64,000 nucleotides of DNA from Negativicutes bacterium (GTDB taxonomy: Bacteria > Bacillota > Negativicutes > UBA1444), in assembly GCA_963665275.2 (NCBI GenBank), contig CAXXIN010000012.1:64001-128000 (forward strand). The letters are read 5' to 3'. The position numbers and the translations under genes are program-made. The notes under the pieces were generated by a model that saw nothing but the letters and a program-made list of their open reading frames with translations, ran no database searches and was not told the DNA's origin. This document shows positions 29,473 to 38,842 of this stretch, piece after piece (position 1 is the stretch's first letter; every line of letters begins with the position of its first letter).

Positions 29473-30325
29473 GTCAACCCAATGGGTGGTTGGAAGCCTG
29501 TTGTTGTTTTTGGCACTACTGTCAGGATGCCAGTCTGCTACTAGTCAAATGACGGGGAAAAGGCCGGATTCACAAGCGGCAATGACAGCAAGTAAACCGA
29601 AAGGAACCATGATGGCAACAATAACAGCAAAAACAGGTTTTAATGCCCCAACGGCGATAACGTTTGATCCCGCAGGGAATATGTATGTTGCAAACTGGAA
29701 TGACGGCACGGTATCGAGAGTGGACAGCACCGACAATAGGAAAACCTTCGCTTCAATCGACGGATCACCTGCAGGACTTGCTTTTGACAAGCAGGGAAAC
29801 CTATATGTGTCGGATTATAGAGAAAATATTTATCGCGTCAGTCCCGATGGGGCTACAACTATTTTTGCAACAGGATTGCATACTCCGACAGGGATCGCCT
29901 TCAACAAAAGTGGAGAGTTGCTTGTGACAAACCGGAGTAGTAATGAACTGGTAAAAGTATCGCCGACAGGAAATGTTTCCGTTTTAGAACGGGGATTGCG
30001 AACTCCAGTGGGTGTCGTGGAGCATCCTGACGGCACGCTTTATGTTTCGAATTACGGCGGCGGTATTACCAAAATTTCACCTGGTGGTTCTGCAACGACG
30101 ATAGGAGCTAATTTTGTTACACCAGGATGCGGGATTGTAATTTTCCATGGCGATGTTCTGGTTGTCGATTATGGACAAGGAACGATTAAAAATCTAGGAC
30201 CGGATGGGACACAATTGAGTGTGGTTGCACAAAATCTCAAACAGCCGGTTGCGCTGGGAGTACATCCACAGGGCAATTTATATGTTGGCACCTGGGGTGA
30301 TGGCTCGGTTTATTTATTAGATTAA
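29456..30325 (+). CDS. NHL-repeat beta-propeller lipoprotein (Vgb/SMP-30-like)
   Basis: Lipobox LSGC; repeated PxGxAFDxxGNLYVxD units. Confidence 0.8.
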   Translation: MRLRTRSTQWVVGSLLLFLALLSGCQSATSQMTGKRPDSQAAMTASKPKGTMMATITAKTGFNAPTAITFDPAGNMYVANWNDGTVSRVDSTDNRKTFASIDGSPAGLAFDKQGNLYVSDYRENIYRVSPDGATTIFATGLHTPTGIAFNKSGELLVTNRSSNELVKVSPTGNVSVLERGLRTPVGVVEHPDGTLYVSNYGGGITKISPGGSATTIGANFVTPGCGIVIFHGDVLVVDYGQGTIKNLGPDGTQLSVVAQNLKQPVALGVHPQGNLYVGTWGDGSVYLLD

Positions 30326-30364
30326 CTAGATTATGAGGCGAGTTCGAATCGCGTTGTCGGACAC

Positions 30365-30401
30365 AAAAAAGCGCTTTCGGTTTTTCGCCGGAAGCGCTTT
30401 T
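30365..30401. terminator. Bidirectional terminator
   Basis: AAAAAAGCGCTTTCGG...CCGGAAGCGCTTTT between convergent genes. Confidence 0.75.
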
Positions 30402-30450
30402 ACATTATATTCAGCCGAAAAAATCAAAAGAAATTGCATCGTTACCGTCT

Positions 30451-31482
30451 TTATATCGTATTCTTTTTCGCGGCAGCCTCTCGTACCGATTCCCTATCGC
30501 ACCGGATAAAAGCCATCAGTTCTTTGGCCGTCTGCGAATACAGTTTCGTTTCCTCATAATCAGGTTCTCCGCCGGACAAATGCTGCATCAATACTCCGTC
30601 CGTCCCAAACCAGCGGGGTGCAAGTCCTCCGAAGAAAAAGCCGTTATGCCGCAGCAATTCGACCGCTTCGCCAATTGCTGGGCAAGCTGCGTTCAGCACT
30701 ACCTGCAAACTGACCACCTGCCGCCTGTCGGCCTCAGTCAGCAGTTCCTCCACCACCGTCGCCCAATCGCCGCCGATCGAGCTCACCGCTACTTTCCAGG
30801 TTTTCGCAAAGTCATAATACTTATCCTCTCGGACTGTATCGCCTGCCGCCGGCAAGGCTGCCGACGACGTCAGAAAAGTCCGGGGTCGTAGCGGCGCGGC
30901 CAGTCGTCGCAAATACTCATCATACCTGGCAGGCAAATACTCTGGCGCCACAGGGTCAGAAAGTTCCGAAAAATTCAGTACGCAGGATACTCGTGCCATG
31001 CCTGCCTTATTGCTTTTTCCGTCTTTAAAACTGGCGCCGTCCAATTGATCCAGCTCCAGCGCACAGTCGACAAATCCTGACTTTATTGCGCTGACTTGGG
31101 TGAAATAATGACAGCAGACCGCTTCGCTGAAAATCCCGTCATTGCCAGACATTCTACACATTGTCGGATCAAAATAAAAGCACGCCAATTCCAATGACAC
31201 AGCAGACTGGGCATAAGCCGGATCAACCAACATATTTCCGGCTTCCCACAGCCGGAAGTTAGGGGCTGACTTGAAGAAAGAAATGTAACCTGCGGGATGC
31301 CCCTCGGCAGTCAACGCCAAAGCGGCCGTCAACTTTTCAGCTTGAATATCCCGCCACAACACGTCAGGTTGATACACGTCCTTGACGGGAAAGTCCTCAC
31401 CATACAGCGCACGAAAAACAGCGCCCACATGGTGTGCATTGTTTTTCCCTACCGCAACAATTTGAAACATTTTTTCCAACAT
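30451..31482 (-). CDS. GNAT-like (tandem acyltransferase-fold) protein
   Basis: FRALYGEDFPVKDVYQP, EAGNMLVDPAY, EAVCCH, GFFFGGLAPRWF; homologous to aa 1-335 of the ligase at 44063-46648. Confidence 0.65.
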   Translation of the reverse strand: MLEKMFQIVAVGKNNAHHVGAVFRALYGEDFPVKDVYQPDVLWRDIQAEKLTAALALTAEGHPAGYISFFKSAPNFRLWEAGNMLVDPAYAQSAVSLELACFYFDPTMCRMSGNDGIFSEAVCCHYFTQVSAIKSGFVDCALELDQLDGASFKDGKSNKAGMARVSCVLNFSELSDPVAPEYLPARYDEYLRRLAAPLRPRTFLTSSAALPAAGDTVREDKYYDFAKTWKVAVSSIGGDWATVVEELLTEADRRQVVSLQVVLNAACPAIGEAVELLRHNGFFFGGLAPRWFGTDGVLMQHLSGGEPDYEETKLYSQTAKELMAFIRCDRESVREAAAKKNTI

Positions 31483-31510
31483 TGGTCTTACCCCTTTTCT
31501 TCCGCGACTA

Positions 31511-31753
31511 TTATTTTGCGATTCGTTTATCCAGATAGGCCACTGCATATGCGATAGTCGTCATTTCTTTTACATCTTCCTGTGGAATCGTTATCGCAAA
31601 GGTTTCTTCCGCCATTACCAGAAGTTCGGTGTAATCAAGCGAATCCAGTTTGAGGTTCTCCACCAGCAAAGCTTCCGGTTTCAAATCCGCCTCTGTGATA
31701 TTTTTCTTTTTTAGTTTCAAAATGATTGCCTTTACTTTTTCCAATGTTGTCAT
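31511..31753 (-). CDS. Acyl carrier protein
   Basis: 80 aa; LKLDSLDYTEL phosphopantetheine Ser motif; EETFAITIP. Confidence 0.88.
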   Translation of the reverse strand: MTTLEKVKAIILKLKKKNITEADLKPEALLVENLKLDSLDYTELLVMAEETFAITIPQEDVKEMTTIAYAVAYLDKRIAK

Positions 31754-31880
31754 GTTCATCCATCCTTTCATTTTTAGCTTGTCTTTTTTCATGAACTTTA
31801 TCCGGAATAATTTCTGCAACCTATGGCATTCCCCCTTTAAATTGAAAACCAAATTAACTCCTTGCCGGAATTGGCAGAAG

Positions 31881-32870
31881 TCAAATCCAACGCATAATGA
31901 TGGACCCCCAGGCTAGTCCTCCGCCAAATCCGGTCAGCGCAATCACATCGCCGGACTCAATCCGTCCGGTTTCCAACGCCTCGAAAAGAGCTATTGGAAT
32001 GGTGGCGGATGATGTATTTCCGTACTTCTCCACATTGACCATAAATTTTTCCATCGGTAAGTCCATGCGCCGGGCGGCAGCTTCAATAATCCGACGGTTT
32101 GCCTGGTGCGGGATGATCAGTTTCAGATCTTCCCTGCGCAAATTCGCCAGCGTTAATGCCTGATCAGTGACTTCCGGCAACATTTTCATCGCAAATTTGA
32201 AAACCTCCGGCCCGTTCATCTGTATCTTATTCATTTTGTCCGCTATCACTTCCGCCGTCGCCGGCTTCCGCGACCCGCCTGCCGGAACCATCATAAAGTT
32301 GGCCCCAGACCCATCCGCGCCGAGCTTCGCCGACAATATGCCATAGCCGGAAGGAACCTGACGCAATACCACCGCACCGGCCCCATCTCCGATAAGCATG
32401 CAGGTATCCTTATCCGACCAATTAATTACCCGGGACACCGCCTCGGTTCCAATCACCAACACCGTCCGGGAAAATTCATTGGCAATAAACTGGGCGCCGA
32501 CTGTCAGTGCATACACAAACCCCGAACAAACTGCAGTCAGGTCAAACGCCGGAATATTTTTGATTCCCAAACGCTCCTGAATGATACAGGCAGTCGACGG
32601 GAACTGCATATCCGGGGTTGAGGTGGAAACGATGATCAGATCCACTTCGTCCGGAGACACTCCCGCCCGGGCCAACGCCCGCTGTGCGGCAATAACGCCC
32701 AGATCGGAGGCTGCCTGCGAGGGCGCGGCGATATGGCGCTCCCTGATCCCCGACATGGATTCGATCCATTCTTCTGTGGCATCTATCATCCCTGCCAACT
32801 CAGCATTGGTCAATACTTTTTCCGGCGCATACATCCCAACGCCTATGATCCCGGCACTAATCTCAGACAT
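31881..32870 (-). CDS. fabH: Beta-ketoacyl-ACP synthase III (copy 2)
   Basis: AVCSGF, PHQAN, GNTSSA: intact Cys-His-Asn triad. Confidence 0.93.
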   Translation of the reverse strand: MSEISAGIIGVGMYAPEKVLTNAELAGMIDATEEWIESMSGIRERHIAAPSQAASDLGVIAAQRALARAGVSPDEVDLIIVSTSTPDMQFPSTACIIQERLGIKNIPAFDLTAVCSGFVYALTVGAQFIANEFSRTVLVIGTEAVSRVINWSDKDTCMLIGDGAGAVVLRQVPSGYGILSAKLGADGSGANFMMVPAGGSRKPATAEVIADKMNKIQMNGPEVFKFAMKMLPEVTDQALTLANLRREDLKLIIPHQANRRIIEAAARRMDLPMEKFMVNVEKYGNTSSATIPIALFEALETGRIESGDVIALTGFGGGLAWGSIIMRWI

Positions 32871-32903
32871 GTTAATTCTCCCCCTCTTTCCAAGACAATC
32901 GAG

Positions 32904-33899
32904 TCAAATCCACCGCATCACAATCGATCCCCAGGTCAAGCCTGCGCCAAATCCGGTTAACACTACCACGTCACCCGATTTTATCCGACCGCTCTCCAAT
33001 GCCTCATGCATCGCAATCGGAATGGAAGCCGAAGAAGTATTGCCATAGCGATCCAAATTCACCATAAACTTTTCCATAGGCAAGTCAAGACGTCGGGCCG
33101 CCGCCTCAATGATTCGAATATTGGCCTGGTGCGGAACAATCAGGTCGATATCATCTTTGCGCAAACCAGCAAGCGCCAGTGCCTGTTCCGTAACTTCCGG
33201 CAACATCTTCATGGCAAATTTAAATACTTCCGGCCCATCCATATGGAGTTTATTTCGGTTGGCTTCGATCAACTCCGGTGTCACAGGCAGCCGTGAACCA
33301 CCCGCCGGCAGCTGCAGATGTTTGCCGCCGGCGCCATCCGAGCCAATCTTCATCGACAAAATTCCGCTACCCTGCGCAGTCGGCTGCAACGCAACAGCAC
33401 CCGCTCCGTCCGCCAACAATATGCAGGTCTCGCGATCCGTCCAATTCGTCACTTTCGACAAAACTTCGGTCCCAATAACCAATACGGTCCGGCAAAAATC
33501 ATTCGCAATAAATTGCGCCGCAATCGTGAGTGCGTAAATGAAACCCGTGCAACCCGCCGTCACATCGAAGGCCGGTATATTTTTGATGCCCAAACGATCC
33601 TGAATGATGCAGGCTGTCGAGGGAAACTGCATGTCAGCCGTCGCTGTCGCGACGATGATCAACCCCACTTCATCTGCAGAAACACCGGCCTGCGCCAACG
33701 CCCGCTGCGCCGCTATCACGCCTAGGTCAGAAGCCGCCTGTGAATCTTCTGCTATTCGTCGTTCCTTGATCCCGGTACGTTCCTGAATCCATTCATCACT
33801 GGTGTCGACCATCTTTGCAATTTCATCGTTCGTCAGCACTTTATCAGGCAGACACACTCCAATTCCGACGATTCCTGCTTTGACTCTTTTGTTTATCAT
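32904..33899 (-). CDS. fabH: Beta-ketoacyl-ACP synthase III (copy 1)
   Basis: AGCTGF, PHQAN, GNTSSA; GGAGGA RBS before ATG 33899. Confidence 0.93.
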   Translation of the reverse strand: MINKRVKAGIVGIGVCLPDKVLTNDEIAKMVDTSDEWIQERTGIKERRIAEDSQAASDLGVIAAQRALAQAGVSADEVGLIIVATATADMQFPSTACIIQDRLGIKNIPAFDVTAGCTGFIYALTIAAQFIANDFCRTVLVIGTEVLSKVTNWTDRETCILLADGAGAVALQPTAQGSGILSMKIGSDGAGGKHLQLPAGGSRLPVTPELIEANRNKLHMDGPEVFKFAMKMLPEVTEQALALAGLRKDDIDLIVPHQANIRIIEAAARRLDLPMEKFMVNLDRYGNTSSASIPIAMHEALESGRIKSGDVVVLTGFGAGLTWGSIVMRWI

Positions 33900-34006
33900 T
33901 CCGATATCCTCCACCAACAAACTTCACTTATCTTCGATAAAATCTTCTAATATATATTTTTTTGTTCTAGCTATTACCCTGCGGTTTTTCAGGATGGTGA
34001 TCGACT

Positions 34007-35944
34007 TTATTCATTCTCGCAATTGGGTCCAAAATAGCGCAGCGCAAGCATCGTAATATCGTCGGACTGTTCCGCCCCTGCGGTGAACCGCGCCAGTTCT
34101 TCGGTCATTCCATTCACCAGTCCGACACAATCCTGTTGCCGTAATCTGGATAAGGTCTCTTGGGTCCGATCATTGCCGAATAAGCGATTTTCTTTATCCA
34201 TCGCTTCATTGACTCCGTCCGTGTAAAGATACAGCGAATCGCCAGCCTGCAACACCAGCTCCGCCTCATCGAAGCTCATATCCTCCATAGCTCCGGCCAG
34301 GGTTCCCTTGGTGCGGGGCAAAAAGTTCGGTTCCCCTGCCGCCTCCGTTAAAAACGGCAGATTGTGTCCGCCGTTGGCCCAACGGAATTTTCCTGTCGGC
34401 AGATGCACCACCCCGCAGAATAACGTCACGAACATGTTGGCATCATTGTTGCGGGCCAGTTCATTGTTGACCCGCACCAGCACTTTCCCTGGCGAGCGTT
34501 CCTCCTGTACGAAAGCGCGCAAGAATGTCCGCGTAACCGCCATGAACAGAGCCGCCGCAATTCCCTTGCCGGAGACATCCCCGATGACGATCCATAAATG
34601 GTCTGAATCAGGCATCATAAAATCATAGAAATCGCCACCCACTTCACGGGCCGGCGTCATCATCGCGTGAAGATCAAAGTCCTTTCGTGCAGGGAACGGC
34701 GGGAACGTTTTGGGTACCAGTTCCATCTGAATGCTCTGCGCGATTCGAAGCTCGCTTTCGATCCGTTCTTTGGCTGTAGCCGCATCCTGCAGCAACACAA
34801 TATGTTTTTCCAACTCATCACGCATGGCCGCAAAAGAATTTGCCAGATTCGCCACTTCATCCTGCCCTGGAATCTGCGGCAGCGGAGCATTCAGGTCTCC
34901 TCCAGCCAGCGCCCGTGTGGCGTCGGCCAATTTACGCAGCGGCCCGGTAATGGAGCGGGAAATCAACAGAATCACCGGCAACAGGAACAGAAAGCCGACG
35001 AACCCGATAGCGCTTTCCTTACGACTAAGTTCAGCGACTTTCGCCATCACTTCCGCCTCCGGAAAAAAAATGCCGATAGACCAACCGGTTGATTGAATGG
35101 GACGATACATCAGCCACCCTTCCTGCCCGGAAAAGATACTCCCGGTAGCAACGAACCCACTCCGCCCCTGGACCATCTCACGTCCGAGACTTCGCAGCTG
35201 GCTATTATGCTGCTCTTCCGCCTGGCTGAAAATGTTTTCCTTCAGGATCAGCTCTCGATTGGGGTGAGTGATAAAGGTACCGTTTTTCGAAAGCAGAAAT
35301 GCATAACCGCCTTTGCCGAGAGGCAATGAATCCAGCAAATCAGACAGCCATTCCAAAGAAATATCACTGGCAACCACGCCTCGGAAAACACCCGCACTAT
35401 CGCGAATCGGCGAAGAGTAAGTGACCATGAGCGTGTTCCCTCTCGACTCCGCCCGGTAGGGTTCACTCCAACCCGCCTGCTTCATCATCTGCGGAATTGA
35501 GTACCAGTCCTGAACAAAATAGGGCGTTGCCTGTTTCCCGCGATCAGCCTGCACCAACTGGTTCCAGGAACGGAAAACATAAGGCGATGTATAGGCTTCG
35601 TTATAACCGAAGGCCCCCGGTTCCAAAGCCACAGAGGCGCCATAAATCTCCTCATTGTCCCGAACCAGCCGCTCCAGCAAAGCGTAAACTGTATCCTGAC
35701 GAGACGGCGCCTGCAATTCCATCCGGCCATCCATGCCACTGACTATTTTTCGCACCGCCACTTCAATCAGTTCGATCCGAGCAGTCGTCGCACGGGCCAG
35801 TTGTTCAGCCTTTGCTTCCTGTTCCTGCTCCAGGATCTGACGCGCCACGACATATCCGTAGCCGATCACAGCGGCTAAAGTGAGAACGGACGCCAACAAA
35901 ACCGACACCGACAGCCGCCAGGTAATACTCAATTTACGGAACAT
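34007..35944 (-). CDS. Membrane SpoIIE/RsbU-type PP2C phosphatase with Cache and HAMP domains
   Basis: TM-Cache (WYSIP...WSEPY)-TM-HAMP (DEVANLANSF)-PP2C (VGGDFYD, GDVSGKG, YTDGVNEA, SDDIT). Confidence 0.92.
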   Translation of the reverse strand: MFRKLSITWRLSVSVLLASVLTLAAVIGYGYVVARQILEQEQEAKAEQLARATTARIELIEVAVRKIVSGMDGRMELQAPSRQDTVYALLERLVRDNEEIYGASVALEPGAFGYNEAYTSPYVFRSWNQLVQADRGKQATPYFVQDWYSIPQMMKQAGWSEPYRAESRGNTLMVTYSSPIRDSAGVFRGVVASDISLEWLSDLLDSLPLGKGGYAFLLSKNGTFITHPNRELILKENIFSQAEEQHNSQLRSLGREMVQGRSGFVATGSIFSGQEGWLMYRPIQSTGWSIGIFFPEAEVMAKVAELSRKESAIGFVGFLFLLPVILLISRSITGPLRKLADATRALAGGDLNAPLPQIPGQDEVANLANSFAAMRDELEKHIVLLQDAATAKERIESELRIAQSIQMELVPKTFPPFPARKDFDLHAMMTPAREVGGDFYDFMMPDSDHLWIVIGDVSGKGIAAALFMAVTRTFLRAFVQEERSPGKVLVRVNNELARNNDANMFVTLFCGVVHLPTGKFRWANGGHNLPFLTEAAGEPNFLPRTKGTLAGAMEDMSFDEAELVLQAGDSLYLYTDGVNEAMDKENRLFGNDRTQETLSRLRQQDCVGLVNGMTEELARFTAGAEQSDDITMLALRYFGPNCENE

Positions 35945-36941
35945 AGCCAAGCCCTCCGCCGGTGAAATCATCATAGAATGGCGACTGTTGCAGCAACCCC
36001 TGTTGACGCATCACCTGAACAGTTCTGGAGTAGTCTTGCCGGGATAACCTGCCGAAAGCCCATGAATCCTGTGCCCCCGGAATCACGCTGGTCAGGATCT
36101 TTTCCAGCATCCATTTCATGTGGGGCCGATTCGTCGGCACATTATCTTTGATAACATACTGCATCACAATATCGAGCGCCTCGTCCGGATTCTCAGCCGC
36201 ATACTTCCACCCGGCCAACGAAGCTTCGCGGAAATTGCGCGCCTGTTCAGGATTTTTCGTCAAGGCATCCCTGGTTGTATAAATCCCGTCCTCCGGAAAG
36301 CCAAACTCATCATCCCGCAGAAAGAACAGTTTCAGTTCGTCCATATCGATGCCTGTTTGATAAGCCATGTGAACTTCGTTGTAGTTCATTGCTGAACATG
36401 CCACGACTCCCTGCTGCAGGAAAAGGTTCACAGAGTAGTACTGGGGTACAACCTCCGGGCGGGCATTCATTGCTTGCAACCAGGCGGCATACGGTGCGCG
36501 GAAGTCTCCGCCCCAGACACTGATTTTTTTGCCGGACAAATCGGACAGCGTAGAAATATTGTCCTTCTTCCAAGTCATCAACACTAAATTCGAGGAGTTA
36601 ACGACCTGGGCCAGGTTCACCAGCGGGATATCCTTTTCACTGCGAGCGAGAGCCGCGCTCAGCCATAACGAAGCAAAATCCACTTCGCCCCGGATGAGAA
36701 AATCCGCAGCATCCAGTCCCGGACCGCCGGGGACGATGGAAACATCAAGTCCCTTATCCTTATAAAAACCTTTTTCCAGAGCGACGTAATACCCTGCGAA
36801 CTGAGCCTGATGACTCCATTGCAGCATGAGACGTACCGGTTGAAGCTCAGTTGCCTGCACCGGAAGCATCCATAACAGCACCAGTATCAAAACAACCAGA
36901 GAAACCGGCAACCGCCCGGATGTTCGACTATTTATCACCAT
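35934..36941 (-). CDS. NMT1/THI5-like periplasmic substrate-binding protein
   Basis: Signal peptide; LQWSHQAQFAGYYVALEKGFY; no permease or ATPase adjacent. Confidence 0.88.
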   Translation of the reverse strand: MVINSRTSGRLPVSLVVLILVLLWMLPVQATELQPVRLMLQWSHQAQFAGYYVALEKGFYKDKGLDVSIVPGGPGLDAADFLIRGEVDFASLWLSAALARSEKDIPLVNLAQVVNSSNLVLMTWKKDNISTLSDLSGKKISVWGGDFRAPYAAWLQAMNARPEVVPQYYSVNLFLQQGVVACSAMNYNEVHMAYQTGIDMDELKLFFLRDDEFGFPEDGIYTTRDALTKNPEQARNFREASLAGWKYAAENPDEALDIVMQYVIKDNVPTNRPHMKWMLEKILTSVIPGAQDSWAFGRLSRQDYSRTVQVMRQQGLLQQSPFYDDFTGGGLGYVP

Positions 36942-37344
36942 AACGCACAGCCAATGACAGGATGTTGCGGTCCCCGCTGCGACTGTAGTGCACCTCGTCC
37001 AGCATCCTGCGAATCAGAAAAATACCCAGACCGCCAACTTCACGGTTTTCCAGCTCCGACTTGATATCCGGCGCATCCGCCGCCAATGGATCGAAAGGAA
37101 CGCCGACATCAGTCAACTCAATGCGAACAACCTCCGCTTCCCGCGAAATCCGGATCGTAACTTCGCCGGGCGGAATTTCATAGGCATAGCTGCAAATATT
37201 GACAGCCGCTTCTTCCACCGCCAGTTCCAAATGCATTACCCGTTTTGGGTGAACGCCCATTGCGGTTGCAGTTTCTGAAACGAATCCCACAATATCGGGT
37301 ATCGTTTCCATAGTGGCCGCAAAAGTTTTTTCCACACCGTCCAT
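36928..37344 (-). CDS. RsbW/SpoIIAB-like anti-sigma factor Ser kinase
   Basis: LAVEEAAVNICSYAY, DVGVPFDP, GGLGIFLI. Confidence 0.9.
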   Translation of the reverse strand: MDGVEKTFAATMETIPDIVGFVSETATAMGVHPKRVMHLELAVEEAAVNICSYAYEIPPGEVTIRISREAEVVRIELTDVGVPFDPLAADAPDIKSELENREVGGLGIFLIRRMLDEVHYSRSGDRNILSLAVRYGDK

Positions 37345-37682
37345 TATTTGTCCTCCCCGGCAGTTGCCTGCTCTACATCAGCATATACCGTCAGAATATT
37401 GTCGAAACCGGATATCGAGATAACCTCCTCAACCAAACCGGATAGGGAACAGAGGGATAGACTACCGTTAAGGGGTTTCACTTTTTTGGTAGCGGCAAGA
37501 ATACTGCGGAGACCGGCGCTGCTGATATACTCCAGGCCGCCGAAATCGAGTACGAGTCGGTGATGTCCCTCGGCAATCCAGTCCAGACAAGCTTTTTCAA
37601 ACTGCGCTGCATTTCCGATATCAAGGCGCCCCTCCAAACGAATCACCCAAAAGCCGTTTTTCTCTTTTGTGCTTAAATTCAT
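37344..37682 (-). CDS. STAS anti-sigma factor antagonist (RsbV/SpoIIAA-like)
   Basis: GRLD, LDFGGLEYISSAGLR with phospho-acceptor Ser; TAATG coupling to rsbW-like gene. Confidence 0.92.
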   Translation of the reverse strand: MNLSTKEKNGFWVIRLEGRLDIGNAAQFEKACLDWIAEGHHRLVLDFGGLEYISSAGLRSILAATKKVKPLNGSLSLCSLSGLVEEVISISGFDNILTVYADVEQATAGEDK

Positions 37683-37723
37683 GTTGTTCAACCCTCCATA
37701 TTTTATATTCATGCAAGCTCATA

Positions 37724-38842
37724 TTATGGCAAAATGTTTTTCAATGCCGCAACCAATTTCTCCATGACCGGCAACATTCCGAGCGTCACCCTAATGTGGT
37801 TGGGAAAACGGAATCCCGTCATCGACCGCACCATGATTCCCTGGCGCATCAACTTTCGATACGCCAGCGTATCGCTCATCGGCAACCGAATCACCATATA
37901 GTTCCCTTCGCCGGAAATATACGGCAATCCCATTCGGGTCAGTTCCGTTTCGAGAAAACGCCTTGCTTCCCCCACCATCCGGCGGGTCCGTGCAACATGC
38001 TCTTCTGCGTCAAGAAGGGACCCCAGAGCGGCCTGCTGTGCTATGGAATTGACCGAGTACACCACGCAGGTTCGCCGGATCACATCCACCAATTTTTCTT
38101 GCCCGGCTAAAAAGCCAATTCGCAGCGCCGCCAGCGCAAACATTTTCGAAAAAGTCCGAAACACCAATAAATTCGGGTATTCCCGCATCAGCTCCATTCC
38201 GTTGGGAAAATCCGGTGCATCAACAAATTCGCCATAGGCCTCATCAACCACCACGATCTGTCGCCCATCCACCTGGTCGAGAAACTTGCGCAACCGTTCT
38301 TCGTTCCAATAAGTTCCGGTCGGATTGTTCGGATTGCAGATAAAAATGATTTTGGTGCGCGCATCGACCGCCGCCAGCATCGCCGCTTCATCATAGCCAT
38401 AATCAGCTGCCAGTGGAACGAGCCGGGCTTCATAGCCGGAAAACTCCGCCACCCACTCATACACTGCGAACGTCTTGTCGGTGGTGATGATATTATCGCC
38501 TACCTGACAAAAAGCATTGATTACAAACGCAATGACTTCGTTGGCGCCATTGCCGACAATAAAAGAGTCCGGCGAATGTCCGAACTTCTCCGCCAGCTTC
38601 CGCCGCAAATGATAGGCGTCGCCGCTCGGATAGATCGCTGCCTGAACCGGGTCCATCGCCCGGATGGCTTCCAAAGCTTTGGGCGATGGGCCGAGAGCAT
38701 TTTCATTATTGTTCAGACGATAAAGAACCGGGCAGCCGAACATCTGTCGCAGCACATCATCGGGCTTATTGGGAATATACGGCTCGATTTTTTGAATGTG
38801 ACGGGGAACCAGCGTCTCCAGCGGCGGAAATGGATGATTCAC
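37724..38842 (-). CDS. HisC/CobD-like PLP enzyme (class II aminotransferase fold)
   Basis: LNNNENALGP, GNGANE, CNPNNPTG, DEAY, RTFSK. Confidence 0.85.
   Translation of the reverse strand: MNHPFPPLETLVPRHIQKIEPYIPNKPDDVLRQMFGCPVLYRLNNNENALGPSPKALEAIRAMDPVQAAIYPSGDAYHLRRKLAEKFGHSPDSFIVGNGANEVIAFVINAFCQVGDNIITTDKTFAVYEWVAEFSGYEARLVPLAADYGYDEAAMLAAVDARTKIIFICNPNNPTGTYWNEERLRKFLDQVDGRQIVVVDEAYGEFVDAPDFPNGMELMREYPNLLVFRTFSKMFALAALRIGFLAGQEKLVDVIRRTCVVYSVNSIAQQAALGSLLDAEEHVARTRRMVGEARRFLETELTRMGLPYISGEGNYMVIRLPMSDTLAYRKLMRQGIMVRSMTGFRFPNHIRVTLGMLPVMEKLVAALKNILP

Noticed and set aside
33960-34006. SigB-like promoter (GGGTAAT on the minus strand) upstream of fabH
   Set aside because: No matching GTTT-type -35 at the proper spacing.
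37724-38842. Calling this gene hisC
   Set aside because: The fold matches but no his genes are nearby, and it is translationally coupled within the biosynthetic/sensing cluster.
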